Below are positions 12,076-24,569 of a DNA stretch of 64,000 bases, one piece after another. Under the pieces are notes generated by a model, which saw only the letters and a list, made by a program, of their open reading frames with translations, had not been told where the DNA came from and did no database searches. Every line of letters starts with the position of its first letter. The stretch's first letter is position 1. The DNA comes from Vermamoeba vermiformis (taxonomy: Eukaryota), in NCBI GenBank assembly GCA_045837725.1, contig JBEWZL010000083.1, forward strand, positions 186,001 through 250,000, given 5' to 3'. A program made the translations under genes and the position numbers.

Positions 12076-14075
12076 ATGAGCGACGAAAGAGAACTTACCC
12101 CGCTCGAAAAAGAAGAGCAACGATTGCTGAAACACGTGAACAGAGGTGGCACTACCCCCCGTGGTCCTGTGACGCCTAGAACTGCCTCGCAGCCTGACTG
12201 GTAAATTTGATTTTATTGCTGAAAATCTTTTTAATATTTGGTAAAATGTACAAAAATAATAATCCCTCTATTCTATTCATTAGGAAAAAGAAGCAAGAGG
12301 AAGAAGAAAAGAAACGCCAGCAAGAGAAAGCACAACAAGAAGAAGAGAAAAAGAAGCGTTACGAAGAAGAACGCAAAAAGCAGATCGAAGCAGAAAAACA
12401 ACAAAAGCCACAACCACAAGTAGTTAATACCCCTGTTGCGGCCACCACTCAATCTCAACAACAAGTCCCTCGCTCACCTTCAGTTGGTATGTAGCGACGA
12501 GTTGAAATTTCAGCGCATCCATGTGACAGACAGCGACATTTAAATCATCCACATCATATATATACCAATCGTACCTCCATAATACGTGATTCGTGCTAAT
12601 GTGGTTATTATCATGCAGTTACAGAGTCCGTCGATGCAGGTCTGGCGCACAGCGATGAGCGCGCCAAGAAAGAAGCCGCGCGCATGGCCAAGATGATGGG
12701 CGGACAAGCGGTGCAACATCAAGAGAAGCCGCTCACTTCACCGCGCAACTATCCCTTGCCCGACAAGCCTCAAACTGGCACCAAGTTTGAACTCGATTTG
12801 TGGAGTGAAATCAATCGTGCGCGTGGAGCACCGCAAGAGTTCATTCCCACGCTGCAGGGCATGTTGAAGCGATTCACAGACAAGGCCTATCACGACAACG
12901 AGACTGGTGCCACACTGCAGACACACGAGGGTGCGGCGGCGGTGGAAGAGGCACTCAAGTTCTTGCAGCATCAGAAGCCCAGTGGCATGGAGGGCTGGCT
13001 CAAGGTCGCTGAAGGACTGAGCAAGAGCTGTCAAGAACTCGTCGCCAAGCAAGGTCCCAAGGGTGAGATGGGCGCCACTGAGAGCGAACAAGAGGCCACC
13101 AAGCGATTGCAAGCGCACGGTCAGTTCCAGGGCAAGTGTTTGCAAGCTGTGGCCTACACTGCCCTCGCCCCTCGCGACATTGTCGTGCACTGGCTCATCG
13201 ATGACGGTGCGCCATCACGTCCCAACCGTCACGCCCTCTTCGACGCGTCAGTCAAGTTTGTCGGTGTGGCCTCTGGTCCGCACACCACTGCTCGTCGCAT
13301 GGTCGCGGCAGTGTTCGCAGAGGACTACACCGCTGCTGATCAGGCACCGCGCAACACTTCACACGGCACTGCTGCACAGGCTGAAGAGAATGTCACGCGC
13401 AGCCCTGCTCAATTCCAAATCGGTACTTTGAACGAGAGTCCCGATGGCAAGTCCTATCACGTCAAAGTGAGCAACTTGCAAGGCACAGTGGACTGCCTCA
13501 AGCTGCAGCTGATCGAGAAGAACACCATGCTGCACTTGACGCAAACACTCACCGCGGGCAACAAGGTCACCGAGTCCCATCAGAAGTTTGGTCTGCCCTT
13601 CGCCTTCCCTGCCGCTGATGTCGCAGCCGAGTACGCGCACAGTGCTGGCACGCTCACTATTTTCTTGAAGAAGCCGCACGTGACGGACGACAAAGAACAC
13701 ACCGTGAGCACCTTCATCGTGAGTGCCAATGCGAGCACGAGTGAGAGCAAGGTGAACATTCAGCCCGAACAGCGACCAGACTGCATTCTGTTCAAATGCG
13801 TGCCCTCCAAGCACAACACGGAGATCAAGCTCGTGATTGCTGGCAAGAAGCTCGCCTTCCACTGCACGCACTCGTTTGATGACGTCGATGAGACTGGCGA
13901 GGCTGTCGTGCGCACTTTGAAATCAACGCAAACATTCACCTTGCCGTGGGCCGTGTCGTTGGACCTCATCACGCTCATTCCATCAGAGACTGAGCCGCAA
14001 GTGAAGGTCATGAAGCCCCTGCCCGTGCAAGTAAGCACCACCCCTGTGGATGTACCGATCAAGGCACTGCCTTAA
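12076..14075 (+). CDS. Charged coiled coil + CAP (SCP/PR-1)-like domain + C-terminal HSP20/alpha-crystallin-like repeats
   Basis: CAP-like EINRAR..AVEEALKFL..WLIDDGAPSRPNRHALFD..VGVASGPH. The C-terminal QKFGLPFAFPAADVAAEYAHSAGTLTIFLKK resembles the alpha-crystallin F-x-LP..A-x-Y..G-x-L-T-I motif. Confidence 0.75.
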
Positions 14076-14207
14076 ATGTTCTGAATAAACGCACTATTTT
14101 CCGTTGTAGCACTCGCTGATTTATACTCCGCGTACTCTTTTATTTACATTAAAAAACACAATCCAATGGATTCATGATATATTCAATCATATTAGTAGCT
14201 GAGGGCA

Positions 14208-15393
14208 CTACCTCCGCTTGAGCTTGTCCGGCAGCAGCGCATCAGTGATGTGTTCTGCACCCACAAAGAACACCTTGCGCGGCTGTGTCTCAATGCTCGA
14301 CAAGAGAGGGGTGATCAGTGCACCGAACTCGCCTTCGATATTCGAGGCACGCCACACTTCGAGCAGTGCCTCAGCCACCGCTGGATCTGACGGGTCCACG
14401 TCCTCAATCACCACGAACACTTGGCGCCCATTCAGTTCTGCTGCTTCCACGCGCTCAGCCAAGGTGCGCAGACTCTTGGCCGTGGAGTAGCCGCGCACGT
14501 GCACGAGTACGAATGCGTCGCTGAACTGCAGCGCGTGTTGGGGCCAGACTGCGTGCTCGGCAGAGTGCCAGTGGACCTTGTTGCCGCGCTCACTGCTCCA
14601 TTCAGCACTCTCTGCTGACTCGCGCGTGGGCTGCTTAAAATAGCTCTTGGCGGCATTGCTGAGTGGATCTGCATCGATGCACGTCAACATGCTCTCGTGC
14701 AGCACGTGATCTAATGTGAACAAGGTCTGTGGCACGCACGAGTCAGTATACCGCTGAAAAATAGTTTTTGCCTAAATCAGGAAATAGTATATTTTCACCT
14801 ACCTTGCCCACACCGCAACCAAATCCAATGTATTCTACGTGCGTCATATTGGGTTGAGCCATATTCAATATGTGCACCAGTGCGTCATTCACATTCGGTT
14901 CAAATCCGACTTTGTTGTTGACTTTCCTCCACGTCAGCTCATTGAAGCCATATTTGTGCTCGCTGTTGTCGAATTCAGCTTGAGTGAGCCATATTTTTTG
15001 CGTCTCTAATTGATTCCGATTTTTGAGGATTGTGTCATAAGGTACCTGGATTCAATTATTTATGAGCGATCGCTAGTGGCACCAATTATGATTCAATTTC
15101 TTTGCTTCAAAACACGAATAACATTGATAACGGAGCATTAAATTTAATGCTGCGGATTAATTAGCACAATCTGATTAATATAAATTAATTTCTGTAATTA
15201 CCTGAATGGATTCGTCTGTAATTAGCAGCTTGTCGTAAAAAAACACAATGTCTTCGGATTGAAAGAAGGTCGCGAATATAGTCAACACAATGCACACGGC
15301 CATAACCACTGACAGCGTCCTTCGGCTCTTTTTAATCGATCGAAAAGGTACGCGCTGCGGTGCTTTGAGAATATTGACGATTTTGTTCAGCAT
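14208..15393 (-). CDS. Hypothetical type II membrane protein (possibly glycosyltransferase-like)
   Basis: Basic N-terminus, then a TM helix (TLSVVMAVCIVLTIFATFF); at least three exons with GT-AG junctions. The family assignment is a guess from topology. Confidence 0.5.
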
Positions 15394-15636
15394 CTTGTTG
15401 CCGCAGATATGTGTGATGTTGCGCAACTTTCGGTTGTAAAGCAACAATTATTAGTGCTGCAATAGCTACGATTAGATTAGATTTCAGGTGAAATTTCGTT
15501 TCTCTGTGGAAAACGTTCGCCGAGGACTGTGCGGATCGGAGAAAGTTCTGTGTTGTGAAATTCAACGGGATATTACTTAGAAACACTAATTAGTTGGCCG
15601 AATACTATATTTGCTGCGACTGCTACAGCTTTATTT

Positions 15637-16215
15637 CTAGGCCGTTTGACTCCAGTGCAAGCGCATCAATTTGTCGCGCAATATTTCCATATTTGGACGC
15701 ACTTCTGGCGACACTTCAGTGCACTCTTTGAAGATCTGAATCAGTTCGTTGTAGGATTCGTGCAGCTGCACCACCACAGTTGTTAGTCAATACACTAACT
15801 AGCTAGTATTGTACGTACCGAGGGCAATTGCGGGCGTTTGCCGCTGACCACAAACTGCGGCACATCGAATGCGTCTTCGTCTTCGTAGGGCTGTTTGAGC
15901 GCGAGCAGTTCGTACATCAACATGCCGAAAGACCAGACTAGTGACACGTGTCAGTGGGGGCACGTGGTGGAGTGGTCAGTGCATTGACTTACCATCGATG
16001 GCAAATGAATACGTCGCCATGTTCTGTGATCGGAACACTTCCGGTGCCATCTGCAACAACATTAGATTGAATTTCCAAATTAGGAAATGCCGCATTCATA
16101 CGTAGCAATAAGTGCCAACAGTAGTCTTGGCCTGTTGTGACTTGCTGACTCGTTTGGCCGTGTCAAAGTCACCAATGGCGCACTGTTTGACGTCGCCGTG
16201 CACATCGAGATTCAC

Positions 16216-16246
<31 letters not shown>

Positions 16247-17737
16247 ATGATCTGATGTTTGTGCAGGAACGCCATGCCCGAGGCTATGTCTACGCACCAC
16301 TTGGTGATGTGTTTGGCGGAGAAGGTCTTAAAGTCTTTCTGATTGGTCAACTCGTCCTTCTTCTTGTTGACAATGTGGCGCAGCGAGCAGTTGTACTTGG
16401 TGATGTAGAGGCGGATCTTGTCGCCCGTCTTCTCGTGGAACAGATAGCGACAGATGTTGAGGTGGTAGGGCAAGTTCTCGAGCAGTTCAATTTCACTCTC
16501 AAACGCCTTGATGTTGCTGTCACTCAATTGTTTCACGTCCAGTTCTTTCATCGCGCACAGCCAGCCATCCACGTGACATGCAAAGATGCCTGCATTGCTG
16601 CCACCAGTCTCGGCGATCTTTTCGTTGATTTGCACGTTGTTCAAGTCAATAAATTTGCGTCCGAGAGCTTTCAAGACCGACGGATCGAGCGACACGTCTT
16701 TGTTGTTGCTCGCATTCAGACTCAGAGTGCTCGTGCTCGCGTGCAGTGCGTCAGTGCTCGAACTGCGCTGCAAGTCGGAGAGCTGCGACTTGAGCTTGGT
16801 CTCGGAGGCCTCGAGGGCGGCGAGTCGTTTGGTCAGTGCACTCAATGCCGTGCGACTCTCTTCGTCCGTCAGCTTGGCCTCGAGACGCGACACGGCCAAT
16901 CGAAATCCATCGGAGCTTTCAGTGACACGTGTCACGTGACCGACTAACAGCCGTTCAGTCTGCGGTGACATCCTGCGACAAAAGTGAGTGAGCCGAGCTG
17001 AATGAGAATGAGTGCAGTGCGTACTGATTGCCCAAGCAGTGCAGCACTTTGAGCGGGGCAGGACGACTGTTGAGTGCGTCTAATAATAGCTTGGCTGAGG
17101 GGTCATCGAGCGCTGTGAAATTGACGTTGAGTGTGTCGATGGATCTGTTTGACTTCATTGCTCTATCGCGCAGTTAGTGCCAGTACGATCAATAACGTTA
17201 TATATATACGCACTCTGATAGTGATTTGAAGTTGTCTGCCGTCATATCATTGCCGTCGAGCTGTTGCTATGATTAACAACACGATCCAAGTTCTGCAATT
17301 ATTGATAATAATATGAATATGTACGTACAAATACTTCTTTGACGTGCGTGTTGGTTTTTAAACCGCCAAACAGTTCCTAATAAGCACGGGAATTAATATT
17401 TCAAATTTTAATTTAGCAGATTCCATTTCGTTCCCAAACGGACGGTAGTCCTAATTAAATGAATATTATACCTGCAATTGGTCATGTCGTAAATTCTTAT
17501 ATCTAAAATCAGCGGAGATAACTGTTGGATCATTGTTTTTCACTTTTTGAATCTGTTCTTCGGGCGTTGAGACCTAAATAGGACAATAAAAGTGTTTAAT
17601 ATTACTATAAATATTATCCAATAATTAAATATATTTACAATAAACTCCGCGACGGCAATTGCGTCATCATCGTCGTCATCCACAGTGGTGTATTCAGAAA
17701 TGTTAGGGCGTAATGATTGTATGAACTGGAAGTCCAT
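15637..17737 (-). CDS. Ser/Thr protein kinase with N-terminal tropomodulin-like LRR domain and coiled coil
   Basis: Kinase motifs CAMKEL, HRDLKPDNV, IGDFDTA, MAPEV and DVWSFGM. N-terminal exons give KVKNNDPTVISADF..GLKTNTHVKEV..AMKSNRSIDTLNV. Confidence 0.85.
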
Positions 17738-18039
17738 CGCGAGTGTATATGTGGTCTCTGTATCAACTGGAACGTCAAAAGATTTGTTATGCAGCCCTGG
17801 GACGAGTTTATCCGATCGGGCCTTGTGATTTTTGGTTGGATCAGAATTTACGACTTTCACAGCCAAATAATGAAACTTTACATAGTTTAGTAATATGGAA
17901 TTCAATTGCATCAATTTGTACCGACAATGGTGATTCCTGCGCCTCATGAAGTTCAGCGAACACAAAATCGCCGAAATGCCAGGTTAAAAATCAGCGTGCG
18001 GAATTCGTTCAATTTCATATTCTCATCAACTATAGTACC

Positions 18040-19716
18040 ATGCGACAATACGAGGCTATATTACACGGCTTGACGGCTCTAAAGAGCTTGTCTGTGCTAA
18101 GTTTGGATGCAGTTTTGTCGCTCAGCGTGGTCTTTGTATTGTATAAACACGTCAAAGTTGAGAAAATTACATGGCGATCATATTCATTATACGCACTTAT
18201 TATTTTGAATTTTGGTGCGCTGGCTGGTCTTGATCTGATGTTCCCAAATTGGAATTCACCTTGGTTAACTGTTGTAATGCTTGTTTGCACTGCTACTTCT
18301 GCTTTATTACACTGGATATTTCCAATCCCATCGGTAATTAAAATTCTGATCATTTTGTAAGCCGTATAACTGACCTCCGATCCAGCTCCCGAAATTAACG
18401 CAGCCGATCGGAACCAAAACAATCAAATGGACCACCACGGTTCAATATTTCAATATTAGAGGTGACAAAGAGATACAAGATAGGTATACTCAGCCTGTTG
18501 TAGCTAGGTGAATGCTAATTATAATTCAGGGAGATTCATGCGCGTATTTGGTATCCCGCCGAGACTGTTGAAGGCTACAATAAGAAGAGTTATTATGGAC
18601 CACTTGAAAGCTCTAAACGTAAGTCATTGATCGCAATAAAGACTTGCTAATGCCAGCAGATGCGGAGTGGTTTTACCAGAATATCACTCACTTCGCACTG
18701 ACCGATGTCAATGCTCGCTATGACGCGCCATTATCGAATATGAAAGCCAAATATCCAGTGATCATATTCACACACGGCCAAGAGAGGTACTCCACTCAAT
18801 GTTGCTCTCTCGTACTGGATCTAACCTCTATTGTGTAGCTTGCCAGAGAACCACACATTTGTGCTCGAGAAGCTAGCGAGCAAGGGCTTCATCGTGTTTG
18901 GTCTGTATCACAACGACTTGAATGGCAAGTATCCAGGACCACTCTCATTCCGCTTGATGGAAATTGCAGCCACCGTGCACCAGCTCGTTGCGATGAACAG
19001 CGCAGCCAGTGACTTCTTCAGCAACAGACTCGACTTCACACACGGTGTAGGACTGCACGGTCACTCACTGGGTAAGTCATGCAGACCTCACTTTGACACT
19101 TCTGACACGTGTCACAGGCGGTGCAACATCCTTCTTCGCGAGCACGGACTTTGAGAGCCTGTCGCGGCGCTATTTGAGTGACTTGCCCGTGCCTCTGACG
19201 TGTTGCAGCTGCAGTGATCCGTGGATGTGGATCGTGATGAAAGACAACTACCACGTGACACGACCACTGCTGCTGATCAAGAGCGATCACTGGCTGGGAC
19301 GCGACGACGACCTCGACAAAATTCATCACTTCTCGCGCGTCAAACTGCGCGTGCCTGTCGCGGTGGTCACCATGAAGAACACGTGGCACTACAACTTTGG
19401 AGGTACGTATTTGCTGTCCCTCGCTGCAGACCTCTCATTGACACGTGTCATCATCACAGACATGGTCTTCAAGCTCGTGTCGCCGCTCGGTCTCAAAGTA
19501 TTTCCGCGGTCATGGCGCTGCGAGGGCAATTTGACCACGCCCATGCTCGGTGAACACGGTCAACGCGGAGTCAACACGCTGAATCACGTGATTCAATTCG
19601 TCGAAGAATTCCACACGCACCACCTCGTTGACGGCTCCACGGCTCCATTCCAACCCTCGACTGCGCTGATGACGAGTGACACGTGCTCGGTGGAGCTCAA
19701 CTTGCCCAAGCAATAA
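18040..19716 (+). CDS. PAF-acetylhydrolase-like alpha/beta hydrolase with N-terminal TM helices
   Basis: RIWYPA, YPVIIFTHG, LASKGFIV, nucleophile GHSLGG across an intron, DPW, and His motif HYNFGD; hydrophobic N-terminal exon. Confidence 0.8.
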
Positions 19717-20104
19717 TCGAGGACTAGTCTTGTTAAAGGGTGGTTCAATCTATGTAAATAATATATTATTCTGTATTGCCGTTCAGTACGTGGTGGCAAT
19801 TGTACCAGTTGCATGTTATTTTCTGGTTTGTGCACTGAGAACACTTCAAGTGTAACGGAATAATGGTGCCACCACTTGAAAATACTAAGCACGCACGCCC
19901 CTGAAGTGCCACTAGAATATTGTAGGTAATCCTTCCGATCACGTGGTTCATTCCCACGAAGTTACGAATTGAATTGACACGCCTCAGTCTTTTGGCGAAT
20001 TCAAAGAGCACATTATTTTTATTTTATATTCAGATTGACCACACTTGTACTACTATTGTATTTATAATTTGAATTGTATTATAGTTAGTTAAAGAATAGA
20101 AACG

Positions 20105-22712
20105 ATGGATCAAGGAGAACCAGAAGCACGATGGTATTGGCTGGATGAAGACCGCGAATGGAAAAAATTCATGAAATTAGACAGTGATTTAATTGAGATT
20201 GCTTCACAGTCTGGAGACAAGGTCGTTAAAATTCTGGGTGGATTGTATGAAGCGGATATCGATGCTCGTGCTTACAAGAAAGTTTCTACTGGTTTTGTTC
20301 GCAAGATTATGAGGTAATTATTAATATTTGATGATAACGCTGCTTTTATTCAAAAACTAAATTCAATAAAGAAATTTAATTAGCAACGAATTATTGTTTA
20401 CAGTTGTTAACGATCATACCATCGTCCATGTATTATTAATGCTCTAAAATAGCATACGTGGTATTTTTGAAGTATTATTTTCAATATAAATAGAATTTCA
20501 ATTCCCGATCTAACCAGTTTTCTTTCAAAGATCAACTTGGTTTGCAGAGGACTCGAAAGTGAATGAAAAAGGAGAAAAGAATTCCATCCCATTCATGGAA
20601 GATATTTGTCAGCGCTTAGAAGAGGCCTATTTGACCGAGCAGTTTGGCCCGAAAATTCCCGTTGGATTAGACTTTGCAGTTGTTCTGTCTCGCGATGGCA
20701 ATCACAAACAAGTGCAGTACGTGCCTCTGATCTTATCGCATATCATTCACTAACGCCGCATTCAGTGAAACAATAGCGACAGACGTCATTCGCGTGACAC
20801 GTGGCTACAAGAACAGAACTGTGCGCGAGGCCACACGTCGCCGCGACAGCACGGAATATCAGCCGCGCGAGCAGTACTCGTACGGCACCGTGCCGTCCAT
20901 TCAAGAGCGCATTGGCAGCTCACCGACCACTGCGACGCTGCCACCACTCCGCGGCTCTCCAGGGACCAGTCGCACCAATTCAGTGTCGCTCTCCCCGACC
21001 TCCACGCGCATCACTGACTCGGCGCCGAGTGTGCGCAACAGTGTCTTCCTCGAGGGCTACTTGCACAAGCTGGGCGAGAAGTTCAATGTCTGGGACAATC
21101 GCTGGTTCGTGTTGAATGCCGACTACTTGGTCTACTTCAGCAACAAGGTGAGTCCTGTCGTATATGTTGCTCAATAGTACCTCGATGAGTGCTGACATGT
21201 CTGCCAGTCACGTGACAAAGAGAAGGGTCGTATTGCCCTCTCCGCGGTGCAGAAGTGCGAATTGGCCCCGCCCAGCAGCAAACACGGCGCGAGTGGCACT
21301 GTGTTCATGTTGCACACTCCGAAACGAACCTATCAACTGCGAGCTTGTAAGTGACACCTATCAGTCAGTACATTGCACCATTCTCACACTAATTTGTAGC
21401 TTCACGCCGCGATGCCGAGGCGTGGATCGAGGGCATCAACAAGAACATGCGCGGTGAGAGTCCCAATGCCCCTACAGCCCCCGTGGCCACAGTGGAGGTG
21501 AAACAAGTGGTCAATGATGACAAGGGTGTCGTGGTCAGTGTGCAGAACGAGTCGCGACCTCTCAGCGGAGATTTCAGCAAACAAGTAGCTGTCAATCCCT
21601 TGCAACAGACCTCACCAATGCTGGGTCCGCAGCCCATTCCTCTGTCACAACTGCCCAATTCACCGTACAACAACGCACCAGGCAACAGAATGTCCATGCC
21701 AGGCCAGAGCATGTCACAGCCGATGTTAGGCCAGGGACAGCTGATGGGCAATCAAATGGGCCCTGGCATGCCTCAACAGCCTGTCGGAGGTCCCATGATG
21801 AACCCTGGCATGCAGCCAATGGGCCAGATGGGTCAAATGGGCCAAAATCAACCAATGATGAACCCAGGCATGATGGGCAATCAAATGAGCCCTGGCATGG
21901 GTCAAAACCCCGCAATGATGAACAGTCCCGGGCAGAGTCCAGTCATGCAACGACCAATGGGCCAGAGCCCAGGCATGATGGGCAATCAAATGGGCCAGGG
22001 CATGCCTCAATCACCAATGATGGGCCAGAACTACAATCAGCCCAACATGGCCAGTCCCATGCAGAGTCCCATGATGAGTCATCAGCCCATGAACACCGGC
22101 ACCTATCAAATGGCCCCGCAAGCCAACAACCCAATGATGATGGGTCAAGGCCAGCCCATGACAGGTGGTCAGAACTATCGTCTGTCACAGCAGTACTCGC
22201 AGCCAATAGGCACTCAAAACACTATGGGCATGACTCAGCCAATGATGCCGCAGATGGGTCAGGGCACTATGAACCCTCAAATGGGCAGTCCAATGATGGG
22301 ACAAGGCACCATGAATCCACAAATGGGCACTCAAATGGGTCAGATGACTGGTCAAGGCATGTCCTCCACTCAGACACCCGGTGGCTGGCCTCCAGGTTAC
22401 GCACCTCCCCCTCCAAACAATGCTGGTCAGTACGGCAATCCCTCCATGTACAATCAGTACAGCTCACCCTCGCAATCACCCTCCTTGTCGCAGTACACGC
22501 CTTCAGCCACCAACCCCTTTGCACAACAAGTAGGTCAAGCTGGTCAACCCCAATACGGCTACAATCCTCAGAACACTGGCCAATACAACCCGCAACAGCC
22601 TCAGAGTCCCTCGCAATATGGCAACACAGCCTACGGACAACAGCCTGGTCAATATCAGCCCACTCCCGGTACTTACGGCACTTCGAATCAAATGTACAAT
22701 TATCGCCAATAA
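20105..22712 (+). CDS. Tandem WWE + PH domain protein with a long Q/M/G/P/Y-rich low-complexity tail
   Basis: WWE1: WYWLDEDREWKKF..LIE..RKIMR. WWE2: STWF..PF..LEEAY. PH: EGYLHKLG..WDNRWFVL..RTYQLRA..AWIEGI. The tail spans ~21600-22712. Confidence 0.85.
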
Positions 22713-22804
22713 GTGCTTGGCTGTGAACAATTAAACTGTAAATTTTGAGTTCAGGTGATCAAACGGATTTACTATGTACAAATAACACCAGTAATACTAT
22801 TACT

Positions 22805-24349
22805 CTAGTGTTGTGACTGACGGGCAGGCAAGTCCTCGTCATCGTTCTCAGTCTCTTGCACTTCATCGTACGCATCAGGCTGTTCAGGCAATACACCGTT
22901 CTGCTTGCGTCCCTCCCACTGCGCGACTTCGCGTTGAATGACATGTGCGCGCATGTCTTGATTGCTGATCGCGTCATTTGAACGAACATCTTGTCGCTCG
23001 ACGTCATTCATCTCTTCGTCTTGGGCCTCGCGTTTCTTGTTGCTTTTCTTTAGTTTTTTCTGCGCACTCTTCTTCTTGTGATGGAACCACAAATAACCAA
23101 TAGCGACATAGAGACCGGTCGGGAACACGAGAATAATCACCGCGTAATAGGGCTCTAAGAACAAGAAGAAATACAGCGTGGGAAATATCAGCCAGACCAA
23201 GATGCGTGCTCGTCGTTCAATGAATGGCACGGCGTGGCGATGTTTTTTGTTGTCTTGCAGCACGATAATGCCAATGTTCTCGATAATGCCGAGAATAATA
23301 ATCGCGTAACAAATGATCATGAACCAATCTGCAATCATAATCGCACCTACAGGACCAATATTAGCGGTGAATAGACGACAACAATACCAATGATGTCACG
23401 CACCAGTGAACGGCACATTCATGCCGCTGTGGAAATAGACTTGTGCCACCAGTGACGAGGTCAATATGCCCAATCGACCGACGACATTGCTGATGGGAAT
23501 GCTGAACGAGATGAGCGCGGAGACCATGATGAATGAGGGCGGCAAGAACGATTTGATCGACAACGGAATGGGTCGCTCGATGTAAAAAGTAAATGTCAGC
23601 TGACTGTAGGAGCGTTGTTCTGCGGGATAAAACAGCGAGCCAATGGTGATGTCCCACGAGGTCGAATTGAATTCCCAGCCTCGCAATCTCAGCTGCGGAG
23701 ATATGCCGCTAATGCTCCATATTAATCCGTGTCTATTGTACTTCACTGCACTTACGAAATATTCTCCAATTCGTGATAGACCTGTTGCGTGCTGTCGTAC
23801 AACTCTGACTCCATCACGAACTCTGTCCACGACATTATTAGATCGGTATACATCAGTATATCGTACTGTCGCATTCACTCACGCAAAGCTTGTTTGTCGC
23901 GCGGATATTGTTGGGTCTGAGGTTTGAACGCAAAGGTCGCTTGAACTCTGTAGTATTTGGGCATGGAATCGATGCGCGACAAGCGATAAGTGTTGCCTAG
24001 TCTCAATGTGTCGTTGAAATAGGGCTTGTTGTTCTCATCGCGCGTGTAGAGCAGCAGATCCATGTTGACAGTGCCAGCACTCAGATCCACCGAGTCAACA
24101 TTCAACAAGAATACAGCCACGCCTATTGATCTCTGTGCATGGACAGTAGCGGTGATCTGATAGGATAATTTTAATGTTAGATCCGCTCAGAGATTTAGTT
24201 AAAAATTAGACAATTTGACCTTGAATTTCAACTCGATTTCATAAACATTAACAGCCTATTGTTTTGCATTTCAGGAGTTATATAATTGGATAATCGTCAA
24301 ATATTACCATAAATAATAATAGTGTCAATAGGGATGTGGATCGGATCAT
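22805..24349 (-). CDS. Cys-less (Pro-loop) pentameric ligand-gated ion channel subunit, copy A
   Basis: Signal peptide MIRSTSLLTLLLFM/ITATVHA; ECD LLNVDSVDLSAGTVNMDL; Pro-loop YPRDKQ; pre-M1 Arg (IER); M1 SFLPPSFIMVSALISF; M2 RLGILTSSLVAQVYFH; M3 ADWFMIICY. Confidence 0.85.
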
Positions 24350-24569
24350 TTTCGATAATAAATAAAATTAAAAATACAAAGCTGTGTGCATATCTCGCGC
24401 TTGTTAGAATAATAAAAGTAAACACCAATTGCACCTGGAAAACAAGGCACGGTGTGAACTTTCAACCAATATTTTTTGAAGCAATTTGTCGGAAATTTCA
24501 CACAAAATTTGTTTTGATAACCCAAGATTCGAAAGACACACCAGTGACTAGACTAGTGACTCACTTACC

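Noticed and set aside
20453-20460. Possible 8-nt microexon in the WWE gene
   Set aside because: A single intron 20314-20530 gives RSTWF, which fits the WWE consensus better.
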